Both the position numbers and the translations under genes were made by a program. Shown piece by piece: positions 47,208 through 56,391 of a stretch of 64,000 nt of DNA (positions are counted from its first letter, which is position 1; each line of letters begins with the position of its first letter). The DNA is from Spirochaetia bacterium. Lineage in GTDB: Bacteria; Spirochaetota; Spirochaetia; UBA9216. Below the pieces are notes generated by a model that had not been told where the DNA came from, did not search any database, and was given only the letters and a program-made list of their open reading frames with translations. The DNA lies in the NCBI GenBank assembly GCA_963675665.1, contig OY776510.1, positions 222,584 to 286,583 on the forward strand. The letters run 5' to 3'.

Positions 47208-48185
47208 TTAGTAATCGATTTTATCAAGGCTTTCAAGAACCAGCTCCCTTACAAGTTCGGCACTGCCGCTTTTTCGGCCGCTCATTATCATCCGGTGCGA
47301 CATAACCGGTACGCAAAGATCAATAATATCCTGATCAATTACATAATCGCGTCCCCGCTGCAAAGCTAACGCCTTTGCCGTCTTTATCAGCATCAAAGGC
47401 CCCCGCGGCGAGACACCTGCTTCAACATCTTTCATGGAGCGGGTTGCGGCCGCGGCATCAATCGCAGCCCTAATCAGTCGCTCATCGCAGAAAACCATCT
47501 CGGAGGCAGCTCTTGCCGATAAAATATCATCCGCACTGCAAACCGGTTTAAGCTCGGGAATGGTCCTCACGGAAGGATCTTCTGTTACTATAAGAAATTC
47601 CGAATCCCTGTCGGGGTAACCGATTGACAACCTCATCATAAACCGGTCCATCTGGGCGGCCGGCAGTCTGTAAGTGCCCTCAATTTCTATCGGGTTCTGG
47701 GTCGCAATCACAAAAAAGAACTCTTCAAGACTTCTGGTTGTGCTGCCGACGGTAACCTGGCCTTCAGCCATTACCTCAAGTAATGCAGACTGCACCTTTG
47801 GAGTTGTTCTGTTAATCTCGTCGGCAAGGACAATTGACGCGAATATCGGACCCGGATTAAAACTGAATTCCCCGCTTTCGGGGTGAAATATATCAACTCC
47901 GGTAATATCATACGGGAGCAGATCCGGCGTGAACTGTATGCGGCTGAATCCGCGCATGGATTCTCCGGTATCTATCAGTGCCGCCAGGGTCCGGGCAGTC
48001 GTTGTTTTTCCGAGTCCGGGCATATCTTCAATCAGCACATGCCCGCCTGCCGTAACCGCAGTCACAAGAAATTCGAGAAACCTGCGCTTGCCCTTTATAA
48101 CCACAGACAAACCGTCGATCAGCCTGTTTACTGTCGCGGCGCCTTCGGAGATTTTTTCCGCTGCTCCAATGCTCTGTTCAGACAT
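47208..48185 (-). CDS. MoxR-family AAA+ ATPase
   Basis: 325 aa with Walker A PGLGKTT and Walker B/sensor VLADEINRTTPKVQSALLEVM. Confidence 0.9.
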   Translation of the reverse strand: MSEQSIGAAEKISEGAATVNRLIDGLSVVIKGKRRFLEFLVTAVTAGGHVLIEDMPGLGKTTTARTLAALIDTGESMRGFSRIQFTPDLLPYDITGVDIFHPESGEFSFNPGPIFASIVLADEINRTTPKVQSALLEVMAEGQVTVGSTTRSLEEFFFVIATQNPIEIEGTYRLPAAQMDRFMMRLSIGYPDRDSEFLIVTEDPSVRTIPELKPVCSADDILSARAASEMVFCDERLIRAAIDAAAATRSMKDVEAGVSPRGPLMLIKTAKALALQRGRDYVIDQDIIDLCVPVMSHRMIMSGRKSGSAELVRELVLESLDKIDY

Positions 48186-48237
48186 GGGTTGATTTTATCA
48201 CGGCTGATGGTATTATAACAGCCGTTGATCAAAGATT

Positions 48238-51200
48238 TTATATTTCAATTGCAATCCCGCCGCGAAGATAAAAAAGACTGCAGCGCGCGGGTTTTGAGAA
48301 CAGCTCGGAGGCGGCATCGATATAGATACTCATCTGAAGATCGTACTCGCCGGGAATTATTCTGCGGTCTGTTTTAAAATCAACAACAATAACTTCTTCA
48401 TCGGTTTCAATCACAAGATCAATAATTCCGTTAACAAGAATTTCTTTGCCGGCATACATTCTGACAGCTGAAAAAGGAAGCTCCGACTCAAAAGAAACCG
48501 CTCGCGGCACTGTCTTCCAGATTTCCGATTCGAAAAAGCCCTCCGCAAGTGAAAAAGCCGCACTAAAAAGATGCGGCCAGTCCGGATCCTCTATCTTTCT
48601 GAAAAAAGGTCTGAGTTCATCTGAAACAGGCAAAGGATCTGTTCTTCCGCCGGCGTCCGGGTTTTTAATCGTATACTCGATAATCCGGTGGGCCAATGTG
48701 CCGAATTCGGCTTCCAGCCCGCCGTTTAGAAGAATCTTTTCTACCCCGTCCTCAAGTGCGGGAAGATCTGTTCCACCGGCTGCCGATTTTCCCGAAGCTT
48801 CATCGGCGCCAAGGGCTTCCGCATTAAGTTCCGTAACAGCATATTCGGTTTTTTCAAGAAAAAATTCCCGTATTTCGGCTGCTGCATAGAGCCGTGAAAC
48901 TTCCGTCATATCAGCCTTTCCGCCGACCGTTACCCGTTCAGGCGTCCATACAATATTTTCAATCCGTTTAATATAGGGTTCAAGTTCCGGACATTCAAAC
49001 GGGTCCGTTCCGTCAATCCAGCCGAAAGCCGATAAAAACATGTTCAGCATCGACTTTTCTCCGCTGCGGTTGTTTTTGCCGTGGCAGCCTGATATTACGA
49101 GATGGTTTTCTGCCCGCGTAAGAGCCACATACAGCAGCCGGCGAAGCTCGGCATCTTCCCTGTCGGCATTTTCAGCCTTTCCCCTGCTGTAAAAATAATT
49201 GGACCTTTTCCGTTCACCGGCGGCCTGCTCTGAATTGTTTACAAGGTTGAAAGACAAACCGTCGGTTTCCGAAATATAAGCCGGGGCAGAGCCGCCGCGA
49301 TCCGCGACACCGCGGTTTCCGGCATTGGCTATTATCACAACCGGAAACTCAAGGCCTTTTGACTGATGTACAGGCATCATTTTTACGCCGCCGGATGAAT
49401 AACCGAGAATTTTCAGCTCGTCAATCTTCCTGTATTCACCGAGGTTTTCACGAACATAATCGAGAAACGAGGCCGTCGATTGGCCCCGGCCGTCAAAATC
49501 GGCTGCAAGAGCATGAAGATAATCATAATATTCAAGATAACCGTACTGTGAACTGTCTGAAAGAATAAGATACCGGTAACCTGATTTAAACCAGATCTCT
49601 TTAATGATATCAGCCAGCGGCTCGCGGTCAATCAGTGAAAGAATGCGTTCATATAATGAAATTGCAGTTCTGTATTTAGACCTGTCGGATTCACCTATAC
49701 AGCATTCTTCCTGACCTTCGGCGAAAACGGGCTTTCTTGAAAGAATGAACTGAACAAAGGACAAATCCGAAATATTTACAAGCGGCGACCTAAGAAAAGC
49801 GGCGGACGCTGTTCTGTCTTCAGGGTACAGACAAATCTGCAGTAAATTGTATATATCGTTTACAGGTGCTTCCTGAAAAAGACTTCTGACGCTGTGAACC
49901 GAATAAGGAATTCCTTTTAATCTGAAAACCTTCTCATATGTTTTCTGGTTGGTTCCCGAACGGAATAACATGGCAAAATCGTTATAATCCGCCGGACGAA
50001 CAGTGTCCCTGTCATTTACTTCAAGCTTCCCGACTGAATCAATAATATAATCAGCTATTGCGTAAGCTTCGGATTCTTCCGCAGAAAGTGAGTCTTCCGG
50101 AAGTTCCGGGTCCCAGGGCTTGTATAAAAGCCTGATATCAGGCTCTTTCGACAATTTTGCCTCTCTCGATTTCAGCGGGACAAATTCAGCCTGATATTCC
50201 AGACTGCTGTCCCGCATTACATGGCTGAAAACGTCATTGAAAAACCTGATCAGCCCGGGTTCGCTCCGATAATTTTTATTCAAGGGCATTGAAACCCCGC
50301 CGGAGGCTTCAAACTCGCTGCTGAGCTGCTTAAACACACTGACATCGGCACCTCTGAAACGGTAAATCGACTGTTTCTCGTCGCCGACAAAAAACAGTTT
50401 CGACGGATCAAGTTCCGCAGCCGAAGGAATACCATCCGATTCGCGACCTTCCGCTTCAGCAAGAAGATAGAGAAGCTCCTTCTGCAGGCTGTTGTTATCC
50501 TGAAATTCATCGATCATGATAAACCTGAACAATCCCTTGTAATAGCGCCTCAGCTCCTTATCAGTCCTGAGCCCCGAAACAGCCATCGTCAGCACATCAT
50601 GAAAACCCAGAATGCCTGCGCTGCGTTTCCTGCTGAAAAGTTCTTCCTGAAATTCCGAAGTCAGTTTAAACAGTCCTTCAAGCAGATCACGGTTGTCGAC
50701 GGTATCAATAAGAGTTCCAAGTTCTTCCACTGCAGGCCTGAGCTCATCGATAATTTCCTTGCACCTGATAAACTCCGGTTTATCCGATCTTCCCCTCGGT
50801 TTGCCGACAGCTAAAACCGTCAGAGTTTCTTTAAGATCATCATAACTGTCCGCACTGAATTTCCGAAGCTGCTCCTGAACATTTTTTACACCGACAAGAT
50901 CAGATTCCATTATAACTATCTCATCTACAAGATCTTTAATTTTTCCTGTTCCGAGGGCAAGCTGTTCAGCAGCGGTTTCCATCTGTGAAGCAAATACTGC
51001 GTTAAAATCTTTCGGGTCACCGAGAGAAAGATAGTTCATTGCCATGTTTACAAAAAAGTTTTTCCAGACGTTCTCGAACCCGTTAATAAAAATAAATTCA
51101 CCAAGATAAGGATCCCAGGAACGGGACAGGATAAAATCCAGCGAAACATCCGAAGACAGTGTTTGCGCAGCCGATTCATCCGTTTTAAAGGATGAAGGAA

Positions 51201-51531
51201 TGCCGAACAATGTACTGCAGTCTCTTGTTATGCGGGAACAGAAACTGTCGAGCGTCGAAATAGCCGCTTTGTCGAATTCCGCTGCGGCTGCCGCCACGGC
51301 ATGTTTTTCAATGTTTCCCAGCAGAAGACCGTAAATTCGTTCATACATCTCTGCGGCGGCTTTTCTTGTAAACGTAAGTGTCAGGATTTCTGAAATTCCC
51401 GCCCGGCCTTCTTCTACAAGCCGGAGAAATCTTTCAGCAAGAACAGTCGTTTTTCCCGAACCCGCCCCCGCCGAAACAACCGCATTTGTTCTGCAGTCTG
51501 CTACTGCCTGCTGATATTTATCCAGTTTCAT
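48238..51531 (-). CDS. addA: AddA-type helicase-nuclease (UvrD/Rep superfamily 1 helicase with C-terminal PD-(D/E)xK nuclease)
   Basis: 1097 aa with Walker A AGAGSGKTT, Walker B region IMIDEFQDN, and the C-terminal nuclease motif GIIDLV...VVVDFKTD. Confidence 0.85.
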   Translation of the reverse strand: MKLDKYQQAVADCRTNAVVSAGAGSGKTTVLAERFLRLVEEGRAGISEILTLTFTRKAAAEMYERIYGLLLGNIEKHAVAAAAAEFDKAAISTLDSFCSRITRDCSTLFGIPSSFKTDESAAQTLSSDVSLDFILSRSWDPYLGEFIFINGFENVWKNFFVNMAMNYLSLGDPKDFNAVFASQMETAAEQLALGTGKIKDLVDEIVIMESDLVGVKNVQEQLRKFSADSYDDLKETLTVLAVGKPRGRSDKPEFIRCKEIIDELRPAVEELGTLIDTVDNRDLLEGLFKLTSEFQEELFSRKRSAGILGFHDVLTMAVSGLRTDKELRRYYKGLFRFIMIDEFQDNNSLQKELLYLLAEAEGRESDGIPSAAELDPSKLFFVGDEKQSIYRFRGADVSVFKQLSSEFEASGGVSMPLNKNYRSEPGLIRFFNDVFSHVMRDSSLEYQAEFVPLKSREAKLSKEPDIRLLYKPWDPELPEDSLSAEESEAYAIADYIIDSVGKLEVNDRDTVRPADYNDFAMLFRSGTNQKTYEKVFRLKGIPYSVHSVRSLFQEAPVNDIYNLLQICLYPEDRTASAAFLRSPLVNISDLSFVQFILSRKPVFAEGQEECCIGESDRSKYRTAISLYERILSLIDREPLADIIKEIWFKSGYRYLILSDSSQYGYLEYYDYLHALAADFDGRGQSTASFLDYVRENLGEYRKIDELKILGYSSGGVKMMPVHQSKGLEFPVVIIANAGNRGVADRGGSAPAYISETDGLSFNLVNNSEQAAGERKRSNYFYSRGKAENADREDAELRRLLYVALTRAENHLVISGCHGKNNRSGEKSMLNMFLSAFGWIDGTDPFECPELEPYIKRIENIVWTPERVTVGGKADMTEVSRLYAAAEIREFFLEKTEYAVTELNAEALGADEASGKSAAGGTDLPALEDGVEKILLNGGLEAEFGTLAHRIIEYTIKNPDAGGRTDPLPVSDELRPFFRKIEDPDWPHLFSAAFSLAEGFFESEIWKTVPRAVSFESELPFSAVRMYAGKEILVNGIIDLVIETDEEVIVVDFKTDRRIIPGEYDLQMSIYIDAASELFSKPARCSLFYLRGGIAIEI

Positions 51532-54251
51532 CAGGAATCCCTTCCGACATTAAATCTTTTCCTGCACACAGCCCTGAAACCGCATCCGTCGCAGCGCTTT
51601 ACCGCTGTAAAATCCCCGTGCCTGACCGCTGAAGCCATCTGCCTGATGCTTTCTATCGTCAGTCTGCACAGATTCTCGACGTCCTCCTCATCCAAAACGC
51701 CGCCGGCGCCGGAAACGGGAAAGTGGACTCCGTCTTCAATGCTGTAGTATGAAGTCCCGGCTACGCTGAATCCTGCGGCACGGGCCAGAATAATATAAAA
51801 CGGCAGCTGATAACCCTTTTCGGGAGGAAGAAGCCCGCCGCTTTCATCAGTTTGTATAAACCTGCTTTTACCCTGCTTTTTCCATGATTTCTTGTAATCT
51901 ACAATGACAGCCCCGTCGGGACCGGCAGAAATACGATCTACCCTGCCCTTTACAAATATCTTTTCATTATCGAGAGCATATCCCAGAGGCATCTCAAGCC
52001 CTGCAGGCTCATAGCCGTCGTAATACTCGGCTTCAGCTGAAGGAAACCTGGAAAGGTCCTGTAAGCCGCGCCGTTTCAGTGCGTCCCAGGCAGGGCCGTA
52101 GAAATAATTTTCTTCATTCTCCCATCGGTAAAAAACCCCGGCGGCAGAATGCCTGATAAGCTCCCGGTATTCTTCAAGACGGGCGGAACTGAACGGCCGG
52201 CCGTCTTCCTTAAGCCTGCAGAAAAAATCATAAAGAATTTCATGCAGAACATTGCCCGCCGTCATCGGGTCTTCGGGCTTAAGTACATACTCATTTTCAT
52301 ACACTTCAAGCAAATCAGTAAGCAGAAAATTAAACCGGCAGGCTGACCAGCGGTTCAGCGAAGAGGCTGAAATCTTCATCAATCCGCTTTTATCCTGAAG
52401 GTTTGTCAGCAGGCTGTTTAAAACCGGAGATTCCGGAAAAGCTTCTGATGTTGAATCGAAATCCTTCCCGCTCATAAAAGTTGCCGCGGCATAGCTGAAA
52501 CCTTCAAGCTGAATCTTGCTGAGTACCGGCAGAGGCCCCTGCACTCCGGAACAGACAGCCGACCACCAGCGTGTTTCAGCCGGAACCGGAGCGTTAAATT
52601 GCGCCTGGCCGGTATTCCCTCCCGGACTGAAGACAATTCTGTTTATTCTGCCGCTTTCAATAAAGATCCCCGGAGGCAGAGCTGTTCCTTCCGGGGTTTC
52701 AGAGGAACAGGAAAACCTGACATCCGCGCCGGATTGCGCATAACTTCTGATAAAATCATCCGTCATATTCAGTTCATTAGTGCCGATATCTCTTCGCTGC
52801 TGGTCGGTAAGAAAGCTGAAAGAGGTTGATACCGCACCGGAAGATTCATGCGACAGTCCGATTACAAAATGAACTGCCGGATTTATCAGAGCCGATACCC
52901 TGTACGGGTATACAGCAATACCCGGTCCCGGCTGCTGCCGAACGTAAATTTTCTCCCTGAGAATGTCTATCCAGAGCCCGAGCGGATCATCTATGCTCAG
53001 ACTGTCCAGCTGTTCCGAGGTTTCGCGCAAAACTGCAAGCACTTCCCTGCTCCGCTGAAAGACCTGTTCGCAGTCCACGTTCCATATATCTGAATCAGTT
53101 TCCAGAAACGACGAAATGAATGCCTGCACTTCCTGTGCAAGCCTGCTAAAATTCCGGCAGCGGTTTACCGCTTCAATCCTGCTCTTAAGTTTTCTGTAAA
53201 AACCTGCAAGATCGGTTCTTCCGGCAGCGGACAATCTTGAAGCCCATATATCGTCGGAGTTTCCAGGTCCGGTATTCTTCAGACACCTGTTCTCAATCCC
53301 GAAACGGACAAGCGCCGACGCCGTTTCAGCCTCTTTCCAGATAAAGGCCCGGTATAAAAGCAGATTTTTCATCGATTCAATACTGTAGTTGCTGTTCCGG
53401 CAGGCCCGGAGCAGCTCAGGAAGGCGGCCGGCAGGATATTCAGCCAGGGTTTTCCCGCTTCGATGTCTGAGGGGGATGCCCCTAAGCCGGGCAGCCGACA
53501 GCAGAATATCAACTGCAGCAGGATCGGCACAGGTAACAGCAATATCGGAATAATCCGTTCCGCAAAGCAGCAGATCTTCTATTTCATTCAACACAATATC
53601 AGTTTCAATAACAGTGTTTTCAAATAACCTGAGTTCCGGTCCGACAGCATTTTGGATGCCGATCGTACGGCAGCCCGCAGCAGCAAGTAAAACTGAATAC
53701 TCATTATAATCTTCAATAAGCTCCGGGCAGATTATGTAGTAAATCCTGTCCGGACGGCTTAACCCGGGCAATTCCCAGGACGGCTCATACAATCTGTTCG
53801 TTTGCATAAATGAAATATATCTTTTATGAAGCTGCAGATAATCTGTTTTAAGCTCCGGGGCAAAGATCCCGCCGTCTGAATCAAGAACCCCCGCAAGGCT
53901 GTTCAGCTCCGGAAGGATTCTGTATATAACTTCCGAAAACGCTCCGGCCTGCCCCGAATACTCCGCCGGAATCAGTCGGCTGAAAATGGGTTTTCCGTTT
54001 GAATTTTCTCTTATAATATCAGCGGCAAACAGTCTCCTCAACAATGCGTTCATGGGTCTTTCTTCCCTGTTGTGAAGAGTAATCTGTTCCTTGAAACTGT
54101 CCCAGGAAATAAAACGGTTTTTCCTGACAGCTTTTTTCCCCGAATTCCGGAGAAATTCTTTACGCCGCTGAACGGCAGCCGCTTCAGACGGAAATACAAA
54201 TACAGAACCGGTGTTCTTTTCCGTGATTATTAAATCTGAAATTACCTTCAT
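51531..54251 (-). CDS. addB: AddB-type nuclease subunit (PD-(D/E)xK with Cys cluster, no Walker A seen)
   Basis: 906 aa. The C-terminus has GRVDRI...VIVDYKKS plus Cys residues (WSACRF, RCDGCGFRAVC), resembling the AddB Fe-S staple. An ATGA overlap links it to addA. Confidence 0.75.
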   Translation of the reverse strand: MKVISDLIITEKNTGSVFVFPSEAAAVQRRKEFLRNSGKKAVRKNRFISWDSFKEQITLHNREERPMNALLRRLFAADIIRENSNGKPIFSRLIPAEYSGQAGAFSEVIYRILPELNSLAGVLDSDGGIFAPELKTDYLQLHKRYISFMQTNRLYEPSWELPGLSRPDRIYYIICPELIEDYNEYSVLLAAAGCRTIGIQNAVGPELRLFENTVIETDIVLNEIEDLLLCGTDYSDIAVTCADPAAVDILLSAARLRGIPLRHRSGKTLAEYPAGRLPELLRACRNSNYSIESMKNLLLYRAFIWKEAETASALVRFGIENRCLKNTGPGNSDDIWASRLSAAGRTDLAGFYRKLKSRIEAVNRCRNFSRLAQEVQAFISSFLETDSDIWNVDCEQVFQRSREVLAVLRETSEQLDSLSIDDPLGLWIDILREKIYVRQQPGPGIAVYPYRVSALINPAVHFVIGLSHESSGAVSTSFSFLTDQQRRDIGTNELNMTDDFIRSYAQSGADVRFSCSSETPEGTALPPGIFIESGRINRIVFSPGGNTGQAQFNAPVPAETRWWSAVCSGVQGPLPVLSKIQLEGFSYAAATFMSGKDFDSTSEAFPESPVLNSLLTNLQDKSGLMKISASSLNRWSACRFNFLLTDLLEVYENEYVLKPEDPMTAGNVLHEILYDFFCRLKEDGRPFSSARLEEYRELIRHSAAGVFYRWENEENYFYGPAWDALKRRGLQDLSRFPSAEAEYYDGYEPAGLEMPLGYALDNEKIFVKGRVDRISAGPDGAVIVDYKKSWKKQGKSRFIQTDESGGLLPPEKGYQLPFYIILARAAGFSVAGTSYYSIEDGVHFPVSGAGGVLDEEDVENLCRLTIESIRQMASAVRHGDFTAVKRCDGCGFRAVCRKRFNVGRDS

Positions 54252-54316
54252 CTGTAAGCCATTATATACTAAAAACTTGCTTGACTACAAACCTTAATCA
54301 AGTTTTAATAATTATA

Positions 54317-55252
54317 ATGAGAATTTCAAACAGTATAATAACCTTTTGTGTAAAAGCCCTCTCACAGTCAATGGACAACCGAACCATGACAATGCTGGCA
54401 AGACGCCTGCTTCCCGGTTACGATCTTCACGAACGTACCGGAATTCCTCAAAGTGTTGCAGTACCCAACCAGAACGCCGCGCGTCAGATTATCGGAGATA
54501 TAATACAATGCGGAATGTTTCTTGATTTCGTGCTTCTGCTTATAGATTTCAGTGATCAGGGCAAAGGCCTTGCCGGAAGGAAAATATCAATTCCGTATCT
54601 GCGCCAGATTCTTAACGGGGTTTACCAGATGGGTTACATTTACGACCGCGGAAACAGAATCTTCGTGGAAAATCCTACGGAAAGAAAAACCAGGAACTGG
54701 GGAACGCTTAAAAACCATAATGAATATACAATGGCGTTCCTGCGGATAGATATTGTCGGCAATTCAGAGATAGTAAGACAAAATTCACCGGATTGCATTG
54801 AAAAAGCTTACGTTGCCATGCGCGATATTTTCATAACCTCGGTAGAAAAACGCAACGGAAGAGTCTGGAGCTGGGACGGCGACGGAGGGCTTGCCGCATT
54901 CTGCCTGGGAAACATGAACGAGGTTGCAACCCTGAGTGCAATTGAGATTCTTCATGAACTCTTTATCTTCAACAACACAATTTGCCCTCTTGATAACGGA
55001 ATACGGGTAAGAATAGCGGTTCACAGCGGTCCTTTTGAATATACATCCGATAACGAAAAAATGGTAAATTCCGAAACTGTCAAAAAAGTTGTCGAAATAG
55101 AGCATAAGCATACAAAGAACGGCCGGATTACAATAAGTCATGCAGTTAAAATGATGCTTGAGACCCTTACTTCAAAACAGTTTGAAGCATTTAAATCAGG
55201 TGATAACAGGACATATTTTGAATACTGCATAAGGATTTCATGCGATGATTAA
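54317..55252 (+). CDS. Divergent class III nucleotidyl-cyclase-homology protein with an unknown N-terminal domain
   Basis: By-eye alignment to the CHD: FLRIDIVGNS (metal Asp), WDGDGGLAAF (second metal Asp), VRIAVHSGPF, MVNSETVKK (Asn kept, Arg not aligned). The start is uncertain. The track's TTG 54281 coincides with a TTGACT -35-like box, so I list ATG 54317. ATG 54371 is also possible. Confidence 0.5.
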   Translation: MRISNSIITFCVKALSQSMDNRTMTMLARRLLPGYDLHERTGIPQSVAVPNQNAARQIIGDIIQCGMFLDFVLLLIDFSDQGKGLAGRKISIPYLRQILNGVYQMGYIYDRGNRIFVENPTERKTRNWGTLKNHNEYTMAFLRIDIVGNSEIVRQNSPDCIEKAYVAMRDIFITSVEKRNGRVWSWDGDGGLAAFCLGNMNEVATLSAIEILHELFIFNNTICPLDNGIRVRIAVHSGPFEYTSDNEKMVNSETVKKVVEIEHKHTKNGRITISHAVKMMLETLTSKQFEAFKSGDNRTYFEYCIRISCDD

Positions 55253-56258
55253 AATAGTCTTTTTTACCGACAGCCAGGCGCCGCTTAAATATTTCTCGGC
55301 CTTTGATAAATCAAATAAATGGGAACTGACTTCCTTCAGCTGCAGCAAACTCAGAAAGCTTTTAAAAAACCCTTCCGAAGATACTGTGTACCTTCTCGAC
55401 TATGCATCTGTATCTGAGGACAAACAGAAGAAAGAACTTAACTACCTGCTGAAAAAAGAGGAAGTCCCCAGAATCATCATCGACAGAAAGAACGATATCG
55501 ACGACCCTGCCTCCATTCTGATGAAAGGCTGTGATTATCTCGGTTCAAAATTTCTGAAAGAAGGAATAAAACCCGCGCGTCTGAACAGTTATTTTGATTT
55601 CTATTACGGATCAGGCGACGAGTCCGAAGGTGTCGCCGCCGGTTCGGAGAAGGCTGACTCCGGAAAAAAGAATAAAACAAAACACATTGCAGTAAAAGAC
55701 GGGTGGAAAGAAATTAAAAGCGGAAAAGACTATACCTTCTACATGCTTTTTACTGAAATATCCATCCCGGCTGAATGGAAAAAGAAATCCGGAAGCAGGC
55801 ACCTGAACAACCTGAAACAGACATTTCAGGCATTAGCCGAGCGAGAAGCCTCCCTGTGTAACGGAAAGGTATGGATATGGAATGAATACGGCGGATTAAT
55901 ATTATTTCCCTACACCGGCGTATCATGCAGCCCGGTGATTGCCGCCGTTAAACTGCTTCTGAACAGGGTAATAAGCAGTGTTGAAGATTTTAACCTGCAC
56001 ACGCCGATTGAACTCCGCGCAGCAATGCATCTTGGAATAACTACCTGGAAAAAACGCGGTAATACCGGAACGATAATATCCGACTCTCTCAATTCCATTT
56101 TCCATCTCGGTTCCAAATATACACCGCTGAATGACTTTGATATAACTGAAGATGTATACCTGGAACTGCTTCCCGAACTGAAAAAACTTTTCAGTGAAAC
56201 CGGGGATTTTGAAGGGCGAAAAATATACCGTCTATGCCATTTTGAAGTTAACTCTTAA
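55245..56258 (+). CDS. Receiver-like domain fused to a degenerate cyclase-homology domain
   Basis: 337 aa, overlapping the upstream gene by 8 nt. CHD-like blocks are present but the metal ligands are replaced: FTEISI instead of F.DI.G, and WNEYGGLILF instead of .GDG....F. LRAAMHLGITTW is retained. The N-terminal IVFFTD...VYLLDY pattern resembles a pseudo-receiver. Confidence 0.45.
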   Translation: MIKIVFFTDSQAPLKYFSAFDKSNKWELTSFSCSKLRKLLKNPSEDTVYLLDYASVSEDKQKKELNYLLKKEEVPRIIIDRKNDIDDPASILMKGCDYLGSKFLKEGIKPARLNSYFDFYYGSGDESEGVAAGSEKADSGKKNKTKHIAVKDGWKEIKSGKDYTFYMLFTEISIPAEWKKKSGSRHLNNLKQTFQALAEREASLCNGKVWIWNEYGGLILFPYTGVSCSPVIAAVKLLLNRVISSVEDFNLHTPIELRAAMHLGITTWKKRGNTGTIISDSLNSIFHLGSKYTPLNDFDITEDVYLELLPELKKLFSETGDFEGRKIYRLCHFEVNS

Positions 56259-56268
56259 CGTTATCTGC

Positions 56269-56298
56269 TTGACAGGGTATATCCTGTTCCGGTATATT
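56269..56298 (+). promoter_or_regulatory. Sigma70-type promoter of tRNA-Ala
   Basis: TTGACA (56269-56274), an 18-nt spacer, then TATATT (56293-56298). The tRNA starts 11 nt later. Confidence 0.6.
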
Positions 56299-56308
56299 AC
56301 GATCAGTC

Positions 56309-56382
56309 GGGGGTGTAGCTCAGTTGGCTAGAGCGCGTGAATGGCATTCACGAGGTCAGGGGTTCGATTCCCCTCACCTCCA
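56309..56382 (+). tRNA. tRNA-Ala (anticodon GGC), CCA not encoded
   Basis: Hand-folded cloverleaf. The acceptor GGGGGTG/CACCTCC carries the G3:U70 Ala identity pair. The D arm is GCTC-AGTTGGCTA-GAGC. The anticodon arm is CGTGA-ATGGCAT-TCACG, with U33 and A37 flanking GGC. The T arm is AGGGG-TTCGATT-CCCCT, and the discriminator is A. Confidence 0.9.
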
Positions 56383-56391
56383 ATATAAAAA

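Noticed and set aside
54281-54316. TTG 54281 as the start of the first cyclase-like gene
   Set aside because: The TTG is the first triplet of a TTGACT hexamer that looks like a -35 box, only 29 nt from the divergent addB start. An ATG start downstream is more plausible, though still uncertain.
54317-56258. Cyclase pair as a Pycsar/CBASS-like antiphage signalling system
   Set aside because: There is no adjacent effector (TIR, TM, patatin, endonuclease) or cNMP-reader gene. The flanks are addAB and a tRNA. The second protein is a degenerate paralogue rather than an effector. This stays a remote possibility only.
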